DNA of 64,000 nt from positions 6,908-70,907 of the forward strand of contig JALDTO010000207.1 in NCBI GenBank assembly GCA_023515725.1, written 5' to 3'. Positions 1 through 11,717 of the stretch are shown here, piece by piece. The DNA is from Amoeboaphelidium protococcarum X5 (lineage: Eukaryota; Fungi; Aphelidiomycota). The first letter of the stretch is position 1. Each line of letters starts with the position of its first letter. The position numbers were made by a program, and so were the translations under genes. The notes below the pieces were generated by a model. It made no database searches. It saw only the letters and a list, made by a program, of their open reading frames with translations, and was not told the DNA's origin.

Positions 1-466
1 ATTTAATGCAGCTAAATCTTATTTTATCGCTTTAGTGAATGCCTCACACTTTGTGTGGTGTTTCGCTAAAGTACATCACACCTTGTGTGGAATGAGTATT
101 TTCCCAGAGAGAAGTGTTCTGCATTTGCGGTTACTTTCAACGGATAGAGGAGGTTCGAGTATACTAGAAAAGTGTAAATTAATGCAGCTAAATCTTATTT
201 TATCGCGGTTTGACAATGCATCACACTTTGTGTGGTGTTTCGCTAAAGTACATCACACCTTGTGTGGTATGAGTATTTTCTCAGAGAGTCGTGTTCTGCA
301 CTTGTTGTTAATTTCAACGGATAGGGGAGACTCGAATATACTAGAAAAGTGTTATTTCATGCTGCTAAATCTTATTTTATCGCTTTAGTGAATGCCTCAC
401 ACTTTGTGTGGTGTTTCCCTAAAGTACATCACACCTTGTGTGGTATGAGGATTTTCTCAGAGAGTC
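1..466. repeat. Tandem array of 176-177 bp repeat (array 1, ~2.6 units, truncated by window edge)
   Basis: GCTAAATCTT recurs at 11, 187, 364; units nearly identical; each has CACAC-TTT-GTGTG and CACAC-CTT-GTGTG mini-palindromes 32 bp apart. Confidence 0.97.
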
Positions 467-2686
467 GCGCTTTTATTTTCTGCTATATTTAAATGATAGC
501 GAAGGATCGTATATAGGCTTCAGTTACATAAGTTCCCGCTCATATAGAGCAGTCTCTTAATTTGCAAAGATATTCCAAACCATTTGGCCAACTCGACTCC
601 TTCTAACAACGCAGCGACTCAGCGCGTATCTTTCTAGCAGGTGAAGTGTTTCATATCCCCCCTCACCTGTCAGATGCTATTTTATCTGGCTTGTTTCAAG
701 TGTTACTCATGAAGTTAACCAGCCTGCGCAGAGAGTCGCCACTAATCAAATGATATCGGAGAGTCAAATTGTTGTACTGTACATGTACGCAGCATAAACG
801 CAGGATTCCAGCGATCATTTTGAAATACGCTGATAGTTTCTCGATATCCCGTAAAAACCAGACTTTAATCCATAAGGGATCAGAGTGATTTCAAGTGCTG
901 AAATCCAATGAATATCCTCTCAACCGTTGTCATATGACCTTTCCATTCCCCGCTCGTTTCTTCCTTATATATAGATTCATGTATGTCTTCAAGCGAATGG
1001 TATTGCATTGCCGCACAAGAACCTATTCAGTCATGTAATCCAAGTCTTCTCATTTGTTTGGTAAGATTCTTACGCTGATAATAGCACTACCTGCAGCCGC
1101 AGTTAACATATATTTGACAAAGTCCCAGTGAAGTAGTTGTCTCTAAGAGTTGGAATTGTCACTCATTAGCTGTCATCCTACGTCTTCGCTCGAAAGCGTT
1201 TTGGTTGCTGCGATGCTATGGCTTCTGATCTTGGGGTTCTGGTTGACTGGACAATTCATATGTTACCATGACGCGAGAGCATGTCTCATTTATTTCTCTG
1301 TTCATCATAAGTGACAGCAAGCGCCACTATTATAGCAAGGCTGGCATATCGATGTAAATAGGCAAGTTTATACTCATGAAATGCTTCCATATCACCAACT
1401 TATGGAATAACATTCGTCATCATCCTCGGTAGTCTCGGCTTCTGTAATGTGAATGCAGCCCATCGTGCATAAAGTACGAATAGCCTTCCGGCAACATGTG
1501 AAGCAGACCTTTACTGCATAACCTCTTTGGATGTTGAGCTACAGTGTAACTTTTGGTAAGATCATGTACTTGATTGATGTACATGCAATTTGTGTAAAAT
1601 TTTGCTGTGTCTATTTGTCTTTTATCTACGTCTGTCTGTATGCTGACTGCTGATCATATTTCCGGATTTTATAATGTAAGATTTCAAGCTTGTATCTCCA
1701 TTTGTATGTTGAAGTCGACCGTTTGGATGTTACTTTGCTCTATGAGATGTTGATTTAAAAATGTAGCGCTAGTATTCAGAGGTAAGATTATACTAATTGT
1801 ACTTTGAATATACGTTTGTTGATGGTAGATCCACCGTAATTAATGGTTCTCCTCACGCGGTACCCTTCATTGTAAAACTCTGCTCAATTGATACGTCTAT
1901 CTTATGCTTGATTCCTAATGATCAGTTATACTTAAAGATTTTACGATATGTCTGGTTCCACTTCTTTGTATGTCCACGTACGAATCCAGCTGCGTACAGA
2001 TAGCTTTCAATAAAAGTGCTTCTGGATGGCTCGTTATCAATGTGTTCCATCAATACTTCGCTTTGAAAATGGATAACGTGCTCTGCTATCTGAATGTGTA
2101 AAGAAATGTATACTTCCGGTGCGAATATTGCTTCGCAGCTAAAGCTGTCTTAACATGGCTGTTAGAACTAGTCTTTGATTATAATTCCCTAAAAAGTGAT
2201 GTAGCCAATTTTCATGTTACCTTGCCCTCAGTCTGGTTATTACTAATTGTACTGCATTATTAGAGCTGTCCAGGTGCTGGCTTGAAAAGCTGGGATTGTT
2301 AAGATTAATCAAGGGTGCAACACATGCATTCCTTCCTGTAAGGCGCTTTGTAGAAACCAGTAGGTTACAAGGCTGACATTTGACCTTGTGATACATCTAG
2401 TAATAAAGTTTATACAAAAAAATTGTACTGCATGCAATTGACCAAATGTGACGACTAAAAGCGATAAGGTTAGCATTTTTGTGGTATTTTAGGTGATGAA
2501 AGACAGCGTTTGAATATAATAAATGTCTCTCTGTTTTGGCCGGATGGTTTGGAATCTAGCTGAATTTCAATAGTTGACAAGTATATAAACGCGATTCTAT
2601 TTTTTATAATCTAATAGATTAATATTCATCAAGCAAGCGCTAATGAAGACGAAATTAAGATGTTATGTACACGTTTAATCAAATAA

Positions 2687-4240
2687 TCACAATTCAGATG
2701 TGTGTGGATATCCAAGGAGAGCGCACTCTGATGGAAGCTCTTAGTTATTGTCTTCAATACCTCTGAAGCCTACAGACGCACGGCCATTTAATTTCATCAA
2801 ATGAGTGAATGCCATACTCAATTCAGACTCCACTGGCTTCATTTCACCCTTGAAATGCTCAAGCAGTGCCTTGCATTCGCCATTCTCTGAGGCGCTCAGC
2901 AACTCTGACACGGACAAATGTTTTGCACGTTCTTTTACTGCTGTTAAGTCTCCCTTGAACAGCATGGCGGAACCTACTCCTGCCAACAGAGCGCAGATCA
3001 TGCCAGTAATTCTTTGGTTGTTTGCTGCGTATTACCAGAACAACAGCATCTGAGGTAGTTCACCTCTGAAACAACCGGCAATTAAGTCTTCACCAAATGC
3101 TTCTGCGAGCCAGAGTCCACCAGAGCTCTTATCATATTCTTTAAAAAGTTTGATTGAAACCGCCAGATGTGCAGATGCACGTATGCATACACAGCACGCG
3201 TCCAAAGTTCTCACCAGTCCCAGTCCATTCAGTATGTTGGCAATATAATAAACTGTCTACTGCACTGATAAGTACTTTAATGCTTCAACACAGATAGTGG
3301 TAATTAGAGATACGCTGCACTGTCCACCCAACAGCTTAGAAATGACAAACACAGTCTTACAAAGAGCAAACTCATCCACCAGACATGGTGCAGACTGTCT
3401 TGCTTATTTCCACCATGACAGAGGGTCAGGAAGTTCCCCAAGATTTGATTATAAAGCATTTTCTACTTTATCGAGAGTGAAGGATTTTCCAAGATGCGAG
3501 ATTATTCTCCCCGCAAAGTCTTGAATCGCGCACTTTTATACAGAAAAGCTGCGCATCGCAGCAACATCGTGTTATCCGGCCTCTGTTAGTGCCATGGTGA
3601 ACGGATTTAATTGAGGCGCTTCAGACTACTCGGAGAACGCCGGAGTTTAGGCCACGTTACCAAGTAAAGGACCATCATTTTGAGGAGACTGAGCACCATC
3701 TTACTGAAGACGCGGATTAGGACGAACTTCAGTCAACAGCTGATGAACCAAAGTAACAGCAAACGCAACACCATTGTACCACTAGATGATGAAGAACACG
3801 GTGTCCAACCTGACAGCTTTATGCGTAGTGTTCAACAACTCATCTTAGGTAGAACTTAGAGAACATGAGGCCTAATTCAGCGCGTCACTTGTTTGTAATC
3901 TAGCCCAGTCCATTGAATGCTGTTTCGCCATGATGGCAGCAGCCAGACCACACAAAGGGACCCACTAATCATTGATGGGAGCAATGCCAAACTTCTGGCA
4001 GAATGTACGACCAATCTAGGACAGAAGCCGAGTAGTTTAATCTTCGGAGAATCCATTGACAAAGAAAAACTATAAATGTTACACTGAAAGCCCAGCATTC
4101 ACAACCTTTTCGATGAGCTTAGACTTTGTACCAACCATCTCATTCAAACCAGCGCGTTAACCAACTTACAGCACCTGATCCTTAGTATAACCAGCCAGAA
4201 TGCTTAATAAATTCTTCTTTTCTTATGCAGTTAATACCAT
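2687..4240 (-). CDS. Orphan protein, 517 aa (SAP/HeH-like N-terminus; possible nucleoprotein-like core)
   Basis: With TAR=Gln, ATG 4240 to TGA 2687 is one uninterrupted 518-codon frame joining track ORFs 3032..3214 and 2741..3001. It begins MVLTAQEKKNLLSILAGYTKDQVLQVGQRAGLNEMVGTKSKLIEKV. Confidence 0.75.
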
Positions 4241-5062
4241 ATTTAGTTGAAATAAGTTCAATTTGAAAGACTGATGTGCATTGAATAGCTTGAGACATGG
4301 TGGATGGATCGATCTAATCTGTTTCACATTCGAACAAGGAAAGTCACGCCTCCCAACTTTAAATCGAAAAGGAAATAGTTTTGAGGTTTGTAGCTCAACT
4401 TAAATCGTGAGCTGTTCCGTTTCGCACAATAATCAACATCTGCAGGAGCGATTTACGAATACCGCCAAAGTGCAATTAGCCTACAACATTGACGCTTGAC
4501 GTCTGGTGGAAGCGAGCAATTTGCCTTTCTCCCGTATAGTTTCCATTCGTTAGTTTGTGAAATTGTACCCGTTAAAAGTTACCATAATTCAACTGCTTTT
4601 AATGTCTACTACGATATAGAATTTAAGATGCCCAATGTGTGAAGGTTGGTGTTCCAGAGCTTCGGTTATCGGTTCAGGTGTCACTGATCCGAGTGGCTTA
4701 GGTTGAAGTGTGAAGAACATTTTCTTCTCAGTTGAGAATAAAGTCAGTATTATCGAAAGATATAATTTACCTTTTTGGTTTTATCTTAACACAATGTACC
4801 TGATTATGTACAGGAGGAGTGCAGCGTGTGTTTTGATGACTGTTCTAAGGGCTTGTATCACTGCACTGAGTAGAACTCCTGAGAGTCACTCTGTAAGAAG
4901 CATATACCTCTCCATCTTGGCATCGCTAATGCTCTGAGATGATTCTGTTCTCTAAACAAAATCTATTTCCAGAGTTTTTTGGTGCGGTGAAGTTTAGTAA
5001 TCGGATTACCGCGCACGACCGTGTATGTCTCTAATCGCTGTAAGCGCTCGCATGGTATGATA

Positions 5063-5606
5063 TATGAATATTTTCCCAGCGAGAAGTGTTCTGCACTTGC
5101 GGTTAATTTCAACGGATAGAGGAGACTCGAATATACTAGAAAAGTGTGATTAAAAGCAGCTAAATCTTATTTTATCGCTTTAGTGAATGCCTCACACTTT
5201 GTGTGGTGTTTCGCTAAAGTGTATCACACCTTGTGTGGTATGAGTATTTTCTCAGAGAGTCGTGTTCTGCATTTGCGGTTACTTTCAACGGATAGAGGAG
5301 ACTCGAATATACTAGAAAAGTGTGATGAAAAGCAGCTAAATCTTAGTTTATCGCTTTAGTGAATGCCTCACACTTTGTGTGGTGTTTCGCTAAAGTACAT
5401 CACACCTTGTGTGGAATGAGTATTTTCTCAGAGAGTCGTGTTCTGCATTTGCGGTTAATTTCAACGGATAGAGGAGACTCGAATATACTAGAAAAGTGTG
5501 ATTTAATGCAGCTAAATCTTAGTTTATCGCGGTTTGACAATGCCTCACACTTTGTGTGGTGTTTCGCTAAAGTACATCACACCTTGTGTTGTATGGGTAA
5601 ATTTTC
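5063..5606. repeat. Tandem array of the same 176-177 bp repeat (array 2, ~3 units)
   Basis: GCTAAATCTT at 5159, 5335, 5511 (176 bp period); same orientation and sequence as array 1. Confidence 0.97.
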
Positions 5607-6476
5607 GGCGAGCGAAACGCGTCCGAATCATCCACAGACAGCTTGTCACCAGCAGTAATAAGTGGATCGGGGACTTTCAGCTGCTTTGTCAGCCAGTTTG
5701 CTCTCAGAGACACTTGCGGAATGTAATAGAGATCTTCAACGTTTGCTTGAGTTTAGTATTAAAACTTCAAATAGAAATCATCAGCAAGACCAAACTTTGA
5801 CGCAGTTTACTTACGGATGGTTACCCTTTAGAGCGCCATTAGCCTTCTGAGAAGTTACACCCCTTTACTTCACACCATTTAATGACACGGAATCAACCGT
5901 CAGCGGATACTGGCACTTTATGACGGTTCAGACGATCCCGTAAGGCGAGTTTGAGATTGGCGTTACTGATCGTTCTTTTACTATCATCGTCAGGTGTATC
6001 AAATTCCTTTATAGAAGGAACCATTTTAAAACGCTTGAGAATATGAGTAATAGTGTGCCAAAGACATAGATACTTCATGGTGGATGATGTTGATACAGAA
6101 CGCGATCGAGTAGAGTAAAGAAGACAAGCTGAAACGAATCGTGATACACAATCATACAAAGTGTGAAACGGTGACGCCTTGCTCAGACCGTCCAGATCAA
6201 CTTTTTTTCACGCGCACCAAACAAGATACGTGGGCCTGCTACAGTACACGATGGCGGCCGCTTAGCGTTCTGAACTTCAGAGCCTGTGGTATATGAAGTA
6301 AACTAATGAGGCTAGAGTATTGGCTCAGAAAATGACTACACTGCTTGCTGCTTTACAGTGATAGCTTAGGTCAGTTTATCGCCACTTCTTGTGATTATTA
6401 ATCATTTGTTTTGATTATAAGAGCATCTGACAGAGGGATCAGCGTTTAAAAATGATCACTAACGTGACAAAGAGCG

Positions 6477-6730
6477 AAGTCTGCCAATCGACAGATTCCG
6501 TCGCTGTTTCAAGTGAAGAATCTGCGAAATGACAGATTGAACTGTATATCCTTCATTTGGAAACTATATTTGGCTGAATAAATTGCTTTTCTATTGTATG
6601 AAAATGCTTCTTTTGGCTTGTAGAAAAAAAAGTTTCTATTTCCTGTGTGAATGAGTCTGAAAGGGAAAATCTGTGAAATGACAGAATCCACCTCTACTTC
6701 TGCGGAAGAATCTACGAAATGACAGATTTT
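6477..6730. repeat. Duplicated ~60 bp block, each copy with two imperfect AATCTG-N8-CAGATT palindromes
   Basis: aagtctgccaatcgacagatt / aatctgcgaaatgacagatt (6477-6538) and aatctgtgaaatgacagaat / aatctacgaaatgacagatt (6668-6728). Confidence 0.65.
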
Positions 6731-7996
6731 GCCTTTTCCAACAATGCCGTAGTTGGTATCGGTTTCATTATTTTCTTACTAGACAGGCTATAATGTATGT
6801 CGAATATCAAGCAAATTGTGGCAAGTGCTATATATCTGGCGAGAGTATTGTCGGTCGATTGACAGATTTGCGTTGCTTTCTAAGCGAAGAATTTGCTTAC
6901 TTACAGACTATGGCTGATTTTCAATATCTCTTCAAGGCTGCTGCTCTCTATCGCTCTATTGCTTTGTCGCTGGGTTTGAAGTTAATAAAGATACTTTTTT
7001 AAGTAGAGTAGCTTATTCGTAATTGATTTTCAGTTTGCTTACCTGGGATGGAAGGAAGATGGCGAATGATAGATTTCGTTCCTGTGCCCTCTGTATGACT
7101 ATGGACTTTGCAGGACTCGTATATCGGTGGGCAGGCAGACTTATTAGCAGAAGCCTTTTAAAACAATTCTTAGTATATATGGATATGTGCTGCTGCTTCT
7201 TAATGGCCAGGATCCTGTTTGATCTGCTTCCTTTTGCTTCAAAGGCTGCGCTGTGCCGTGAGTTTGCTAACATTTATTACATCCTACTGCAGTGCCCTTT
7301 GAGAAGCACATTGACTGTATATATTCGGATGTAACGACGTTTCAACTTTTTAGTTATCTTTGATCTATTGGTGCTTTATGGAGATGAATACTTGCAGAGG
7401 AGTAATTTGAAAGCATTTCTCCGATTTTGTCTTCATACATTCGATCCCAATAGCTCTGGATATGAACCCATGTCTTTATGCAGGGTTCTAATCTGAATCG
7501 TTTCTCCTAGCCTTTAGTACGTGTATTCATAGATTATGCCTCGTGAAAGCTGAATTTGGAACGTATTTAATGTGGCTACTGGTGATTATGCAAGAGTCCT
7601 GTAAATTAGGCGGTTAAATTGCGATCTCATTTAGTTCAACGCTGTGCTGATGGCTAGATGAAGCCGGGTCATTCGTCTCGAGCAATGCCTAGTGCCGATC
7701 TTCGTAGTTCTGCCAGATTGTTGATATGTGGCCTCAAGTCGACATTGGTGCGGGGCTTGTTGGCTTTATATTTTGCCGATTATACATTGCAATCGAGAAG
7801 TAAGCTTTCACGTCATGCTCGTTTGGTTCTTTTATTGGTATTGTAATTTAGCGTTGTAGAAGATTAAGCGGCGATGAAATTATGTAGACTAATGATATTG
7901 AAGAGATTTAATTGAATAATGATAATGTACAGTTGAGAAAAAGTATTTATTTTTTAGATTTCCTTTATTATTTTCATCATTAGAGTCTCGAGCAAC

Positions 7997-10949
7997 TCAA
8001 TCCTAACGCTTGGCATCATCAAACACAAATTTAACTTTGACAATGTATCGCATTAGAATTTGATCAACCTTATATACGATATATTCGTTATACAATAGCT
8101 CAGACTCTGCAAGCTCGTTATTTTCAACAGGAGGCCCAACCGGGCAATCGACTTCTGTCGTGACATAATAATTGAATTCTTAGCTGGCTTTCTCCGCTGG
8201 TTTAGATGACTCTTCGTGAGCAAAGGATTTTACATTGCGAGTACTACGTCTCAGCTGCTTGACTTCTTCAACTTTGGGCATTTCATTAGTATTAATATCA
8301 CTTATTTTGGAAATTTGTGTCATAGATTTGAATTTGACTGATGACAAAGGAGCAGTCTTACCAATTCCCTTCACTGAATGTTTCCCACCAGGTAGTCGCT
8401 CAACGTATTAACTCTCCGTCAATTCCAAACTCTCTCCCAATGCAACCTCAGATAGTATCAGTAAGCCTTCATCATTATCCGGGGAACAACTGCAATAATT
8501 GGCACTCTTGCTTACCATGTCCGCAAAATACACGCCCTTGCCGAACATGTAGCCAGTACTAGGCGCTTCAGGCGGCGCAATCCTGAGGCCTTCACTCAAT
8601 ATACCGACAAAGTTTGAAGTTCTAGATCCATGCCACAGCATACGGCGATTAGAAGCCAAGGCCTGACTAGACGACAGCAAAACATCATATCTACTTCTCT
8701 CTTCCGCTCTCTCAATCTCATACGCATCTAATAGCTAAAGCTTATACTCGGAATGCGTCGGAGCATGCGTGGTTTCCAAAGTTTATTTGATCAATTTGAA
8801 CTCTTTACTAAACTTTCTCATAGGCTGTATTTTGGCATTTAACAGTTCAAACTGGATATCCAAAGGATCCTTAGCACTATCTTGCAGTTGAGCGGAAGCA
8901 TTCACTTTCATCATTTTAGTGGCAACCTCAATTTCACGCAGTTGATCAAGTAAATCTAATTTGGCTTTGATAATATAATCGTTGTCCAAGAGAGGAGGCC
9001 TCCCAGTAAAAGTATGAGGAATAAGAGTGTAAAATTGATTCGTACACTGCTGAATAACAGACTTTTTAGGCGAGGCGGAATAGACATTATCAAGAGCGGA
9101 CGCAAGTATCTCGTAGCACTAAGATATCTGGCGTTATGATATCATACCAAGCGGCATTCTCTCTAGATCAATCTACATCTCGATCAACGTTCGCTTCAAA
9201 GCGTCAATATCAAAGATCATCTTCATTAAATTCTGTACAGACTTTGGCAACTTTGACTTTGTACCAGGCTCAATCTAAGTGTTCAACTAGATGTCTCTAC
9301 TTTCTGGAACAGCCAAGTCTAATGGAAACATTTTCCTTGGCTTTTTCTCGAATGCAATCTCACTCTGAAACTCATTCCCAGTCTTTTCGAAATACACAGT
9401 CTTGAACAAATCAATAGCTTCATCTTTAGACGAGCAAGTAATCAAAGAGTCTCCTCCAATGTCAGTCCCAACGCGGCCCCATTTCTTATAAAGATAATAA
9501 CTGGCACTACCTTGTCCACCTCTCTTGCGCTTTTTAGACTATTCTAAATTACCAACCCAGTCTCCTTCCAAAGCCTAAACAATATAGAATGTATTCTTAT
9601 TAGACTATACATAAGAACTGGCAAGAACAGATGCATACACAACACCATCGGACTTAAAGATGTGATGAGACTCGTGAAGACCAGAGTCAACGTCGACTAT
9701 TGTACTTCCTTTAACTAAAACCTTACGGCTTCTATCGCCATTGCGCTCTGAAGACTTTCTCTAAACGTTCTCATCATATGAGACAACTTTGACTTACACA
9801 GACTGTGTACCACTATTATCCGCAATGATTCTTTCTATGGGGAGATTCAGTTTATCAAAGGATACCAGCTTGAGAACTTCTTCAGGAAGATCAGCCTTGT
9901 GTAAAGTGATTATACTCACAGGCATTAGATGAGAACATGAACTCCACGCGTCATGATGATGACATTTATACTGTTGAACGTGAGCATCATATTCCAGGCA
10001 ATTATGACCACATTCTGGACATTATTGTGGTACACCAAAACATAAAATGTCAGCAACTCTATCAACCAATCCCTGAAAGCTACCACTCAGGTTCTCTAAA
10101 CCATTATGCTACAACACCATCTAAAGTCCAGCTTTTGACAGAGACTTTTTCAAAATGTCTTTAACCTTCCACATCACTTCATTCTATACTTTGAGCATAT
10201 CTTGTAAGTCTATAGATTAACCTTTGACTAGATTGGCATTTTTAGACTTTTGCTTATCAGATGAATCAACTTTAACTTGATCAGAGCCGACTTCTGCCTT
10301 ATTATCGCCATTGCTGACATTCGAAAACTGATCCTTCAGAAGCTGTATATCATCATCCGCAAGTCCCTTCCATCCTTCGAAATCCTCCACCGACTAACAT
10401 TTAGTGGGATGATGCTCAAGGAAACATTCGATATGATGCCATGCAGGTATAGGACCATACGGACCACCGTTATCCATTAGAAACGACAGACGCACCAAAC
10501 CTTTAGCAATATCATTCTCGCATCCTCTACACTTGCTCTTACCAGACTTGGCATATTCCACGCGCAATCCCTCCAGCCGTCCCCTCTCTGAGCCAGTGAA
10601 ACGGCCATTGTTCTCTTGAATCAATTTCCTCACACTCTCTTGATCTTTCCACCTCAATGCACTAAACTCAAACAGATTATTCTCAGTCAGGATAAGGGCG
10701 GCATTCCTAGTCTTGAAGAAGCACTTGGGATGATACCATAATAATTATACACCATCAAAGAATCTACTTTGTACTGCAGCCCCAATCTTCAACTAGTCTT
10801 CCTTGATATACAAATCACACTTCTTACATGCTCCTCTCCCCGTCTACAAACACACTATCAAGTTTCCATTCAAGTAAAAATAATAAAGATGGGTGTACCT
10901 TTGCATACTCGCAAATAGCACTTCCTGCAGGAATATCAACTTTAGGCAT
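7997..10949 (-). CDS. PARP1: Poly(ADP-ribose) polymerase, PARP1-type (Zn1-Zn2-Zn3-WGR-regulatory-catalytic), 965 aa, intron 10844-10898
   Basis: [13 protein letters not shown]...WYHPKC and [13 protein letters not shown]...WHHIEC zinc fingers; [14 protein letters not shown] Zn3; KWGRVG; [26 protein letters not shown] (H-Y-E triad). Confidence 0.96.
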
Positions 10950-11211
10950 ACTATACTCAGAAGGTAAAATGCTAAAAATACTACTATAATCGTCTTATGA
11001 ACGGAGAGGGGGAGAATAGAAAGTTTACAGTCAAGTGAAGTGCGCGTTTCAGAGAACTAACTGGTCGCAAAATTAACGCGAGAAAACAGAACAAAAGTGA
11101 AACGCATTTAGATCAGCCCCGGCAATGTTATGATTACAGTATTTGGCTACCTGCTGGGACAATGTAATATAGCATAAAAAAGAGATTAAATCAACGAATG
11201 AGTGTAATTAT

Positions 11212-11601
11212 TCATGCACTAATAATCATGTCATTGAGAGATCGAGTATTATCAGTGCTAAATCCAACGGCAGCCTCTGCATCTTTCTACGTGTATGGTT
11301 CCTCTTCATTGATTTCCTTCACTCTTCTCTTGTGGTCTTTGGTCTTTAGGTGCGCGTCCAATGCCTTCTAATTGACAAAGTTCCTGGCACAATGTACGCA
11401 TGGATGAAGTCCACCACCAGGCAAGTCCACGTTAAACTTCACTTCAGCCTCAACTGGAGCGCCATCACTAGTTGATCGAGTCAGTTTCTTCAAATCTTCA
11501 TGAATCTAATCTAAATCCTTCACTCTGGCTCTAGTCCTGAATTTTCTATAATTATCACGAATCTTGTGATGTTTCCTACTCTTTTTCTATGCCCCAGCCA
11601 T
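11212..11601 (-). CDS. BUD20: BUD20/ZNF593 C2H2 zinc finger ribosome biogenesis factor, 129 aa
   Basis: DLDQIHEDL, DLPGGGLHPCVHCARNF...HLKTKDHKRRVK, EPYTQKDAEAA (Q from TAG). Confidence 0.92.
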
Positions 11602-11717
11602 GACTTTACTCGCGTTTATCTATGTGATGCTTTATAACAATATATCGAACGCAAAAGGAGAAGATAAAAAGAAAAAAGATCAATGAAAGATCTATATTCC
11701 ATACAATGTTTAAAATG

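Noticed and set aside
35-388. Track ORFs 35..388 and 5359..5658 with repeated NASHFVWCFAKVHH
   Set aside because: Chance translation of the 177 bp (59-codon) repeat; 176 bp units shift the frame.
500-2400. Long minus-strand frames with periodic TGA suggesting a CGA-to-TGA decayed gene
   Set aside because: About one TGA per 45 codons is expected in non-coding DNA when TGA is the only stop; no recognisable motif.
3390-3435. PDPLSWWK resembling the hAT transposase dimerisation motif
   Set aside because: The downstream PATS..SER.FS signature is absent, the motif is mid-protein, and I found no DDE core or TIRs.
1-5606. CRISPR array interpretation of the repeats
   Set aside because: Units are contiguous near-identical 176-177 bp copies with no unique spacers; eukaryotic context; no cas genes seen.
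6793-7495. Plus-strand ORFs 6793..7002 and 7023..7334
   Set aside because: Different frames, modest length even with TAR=Gln, and no recognisable homology.
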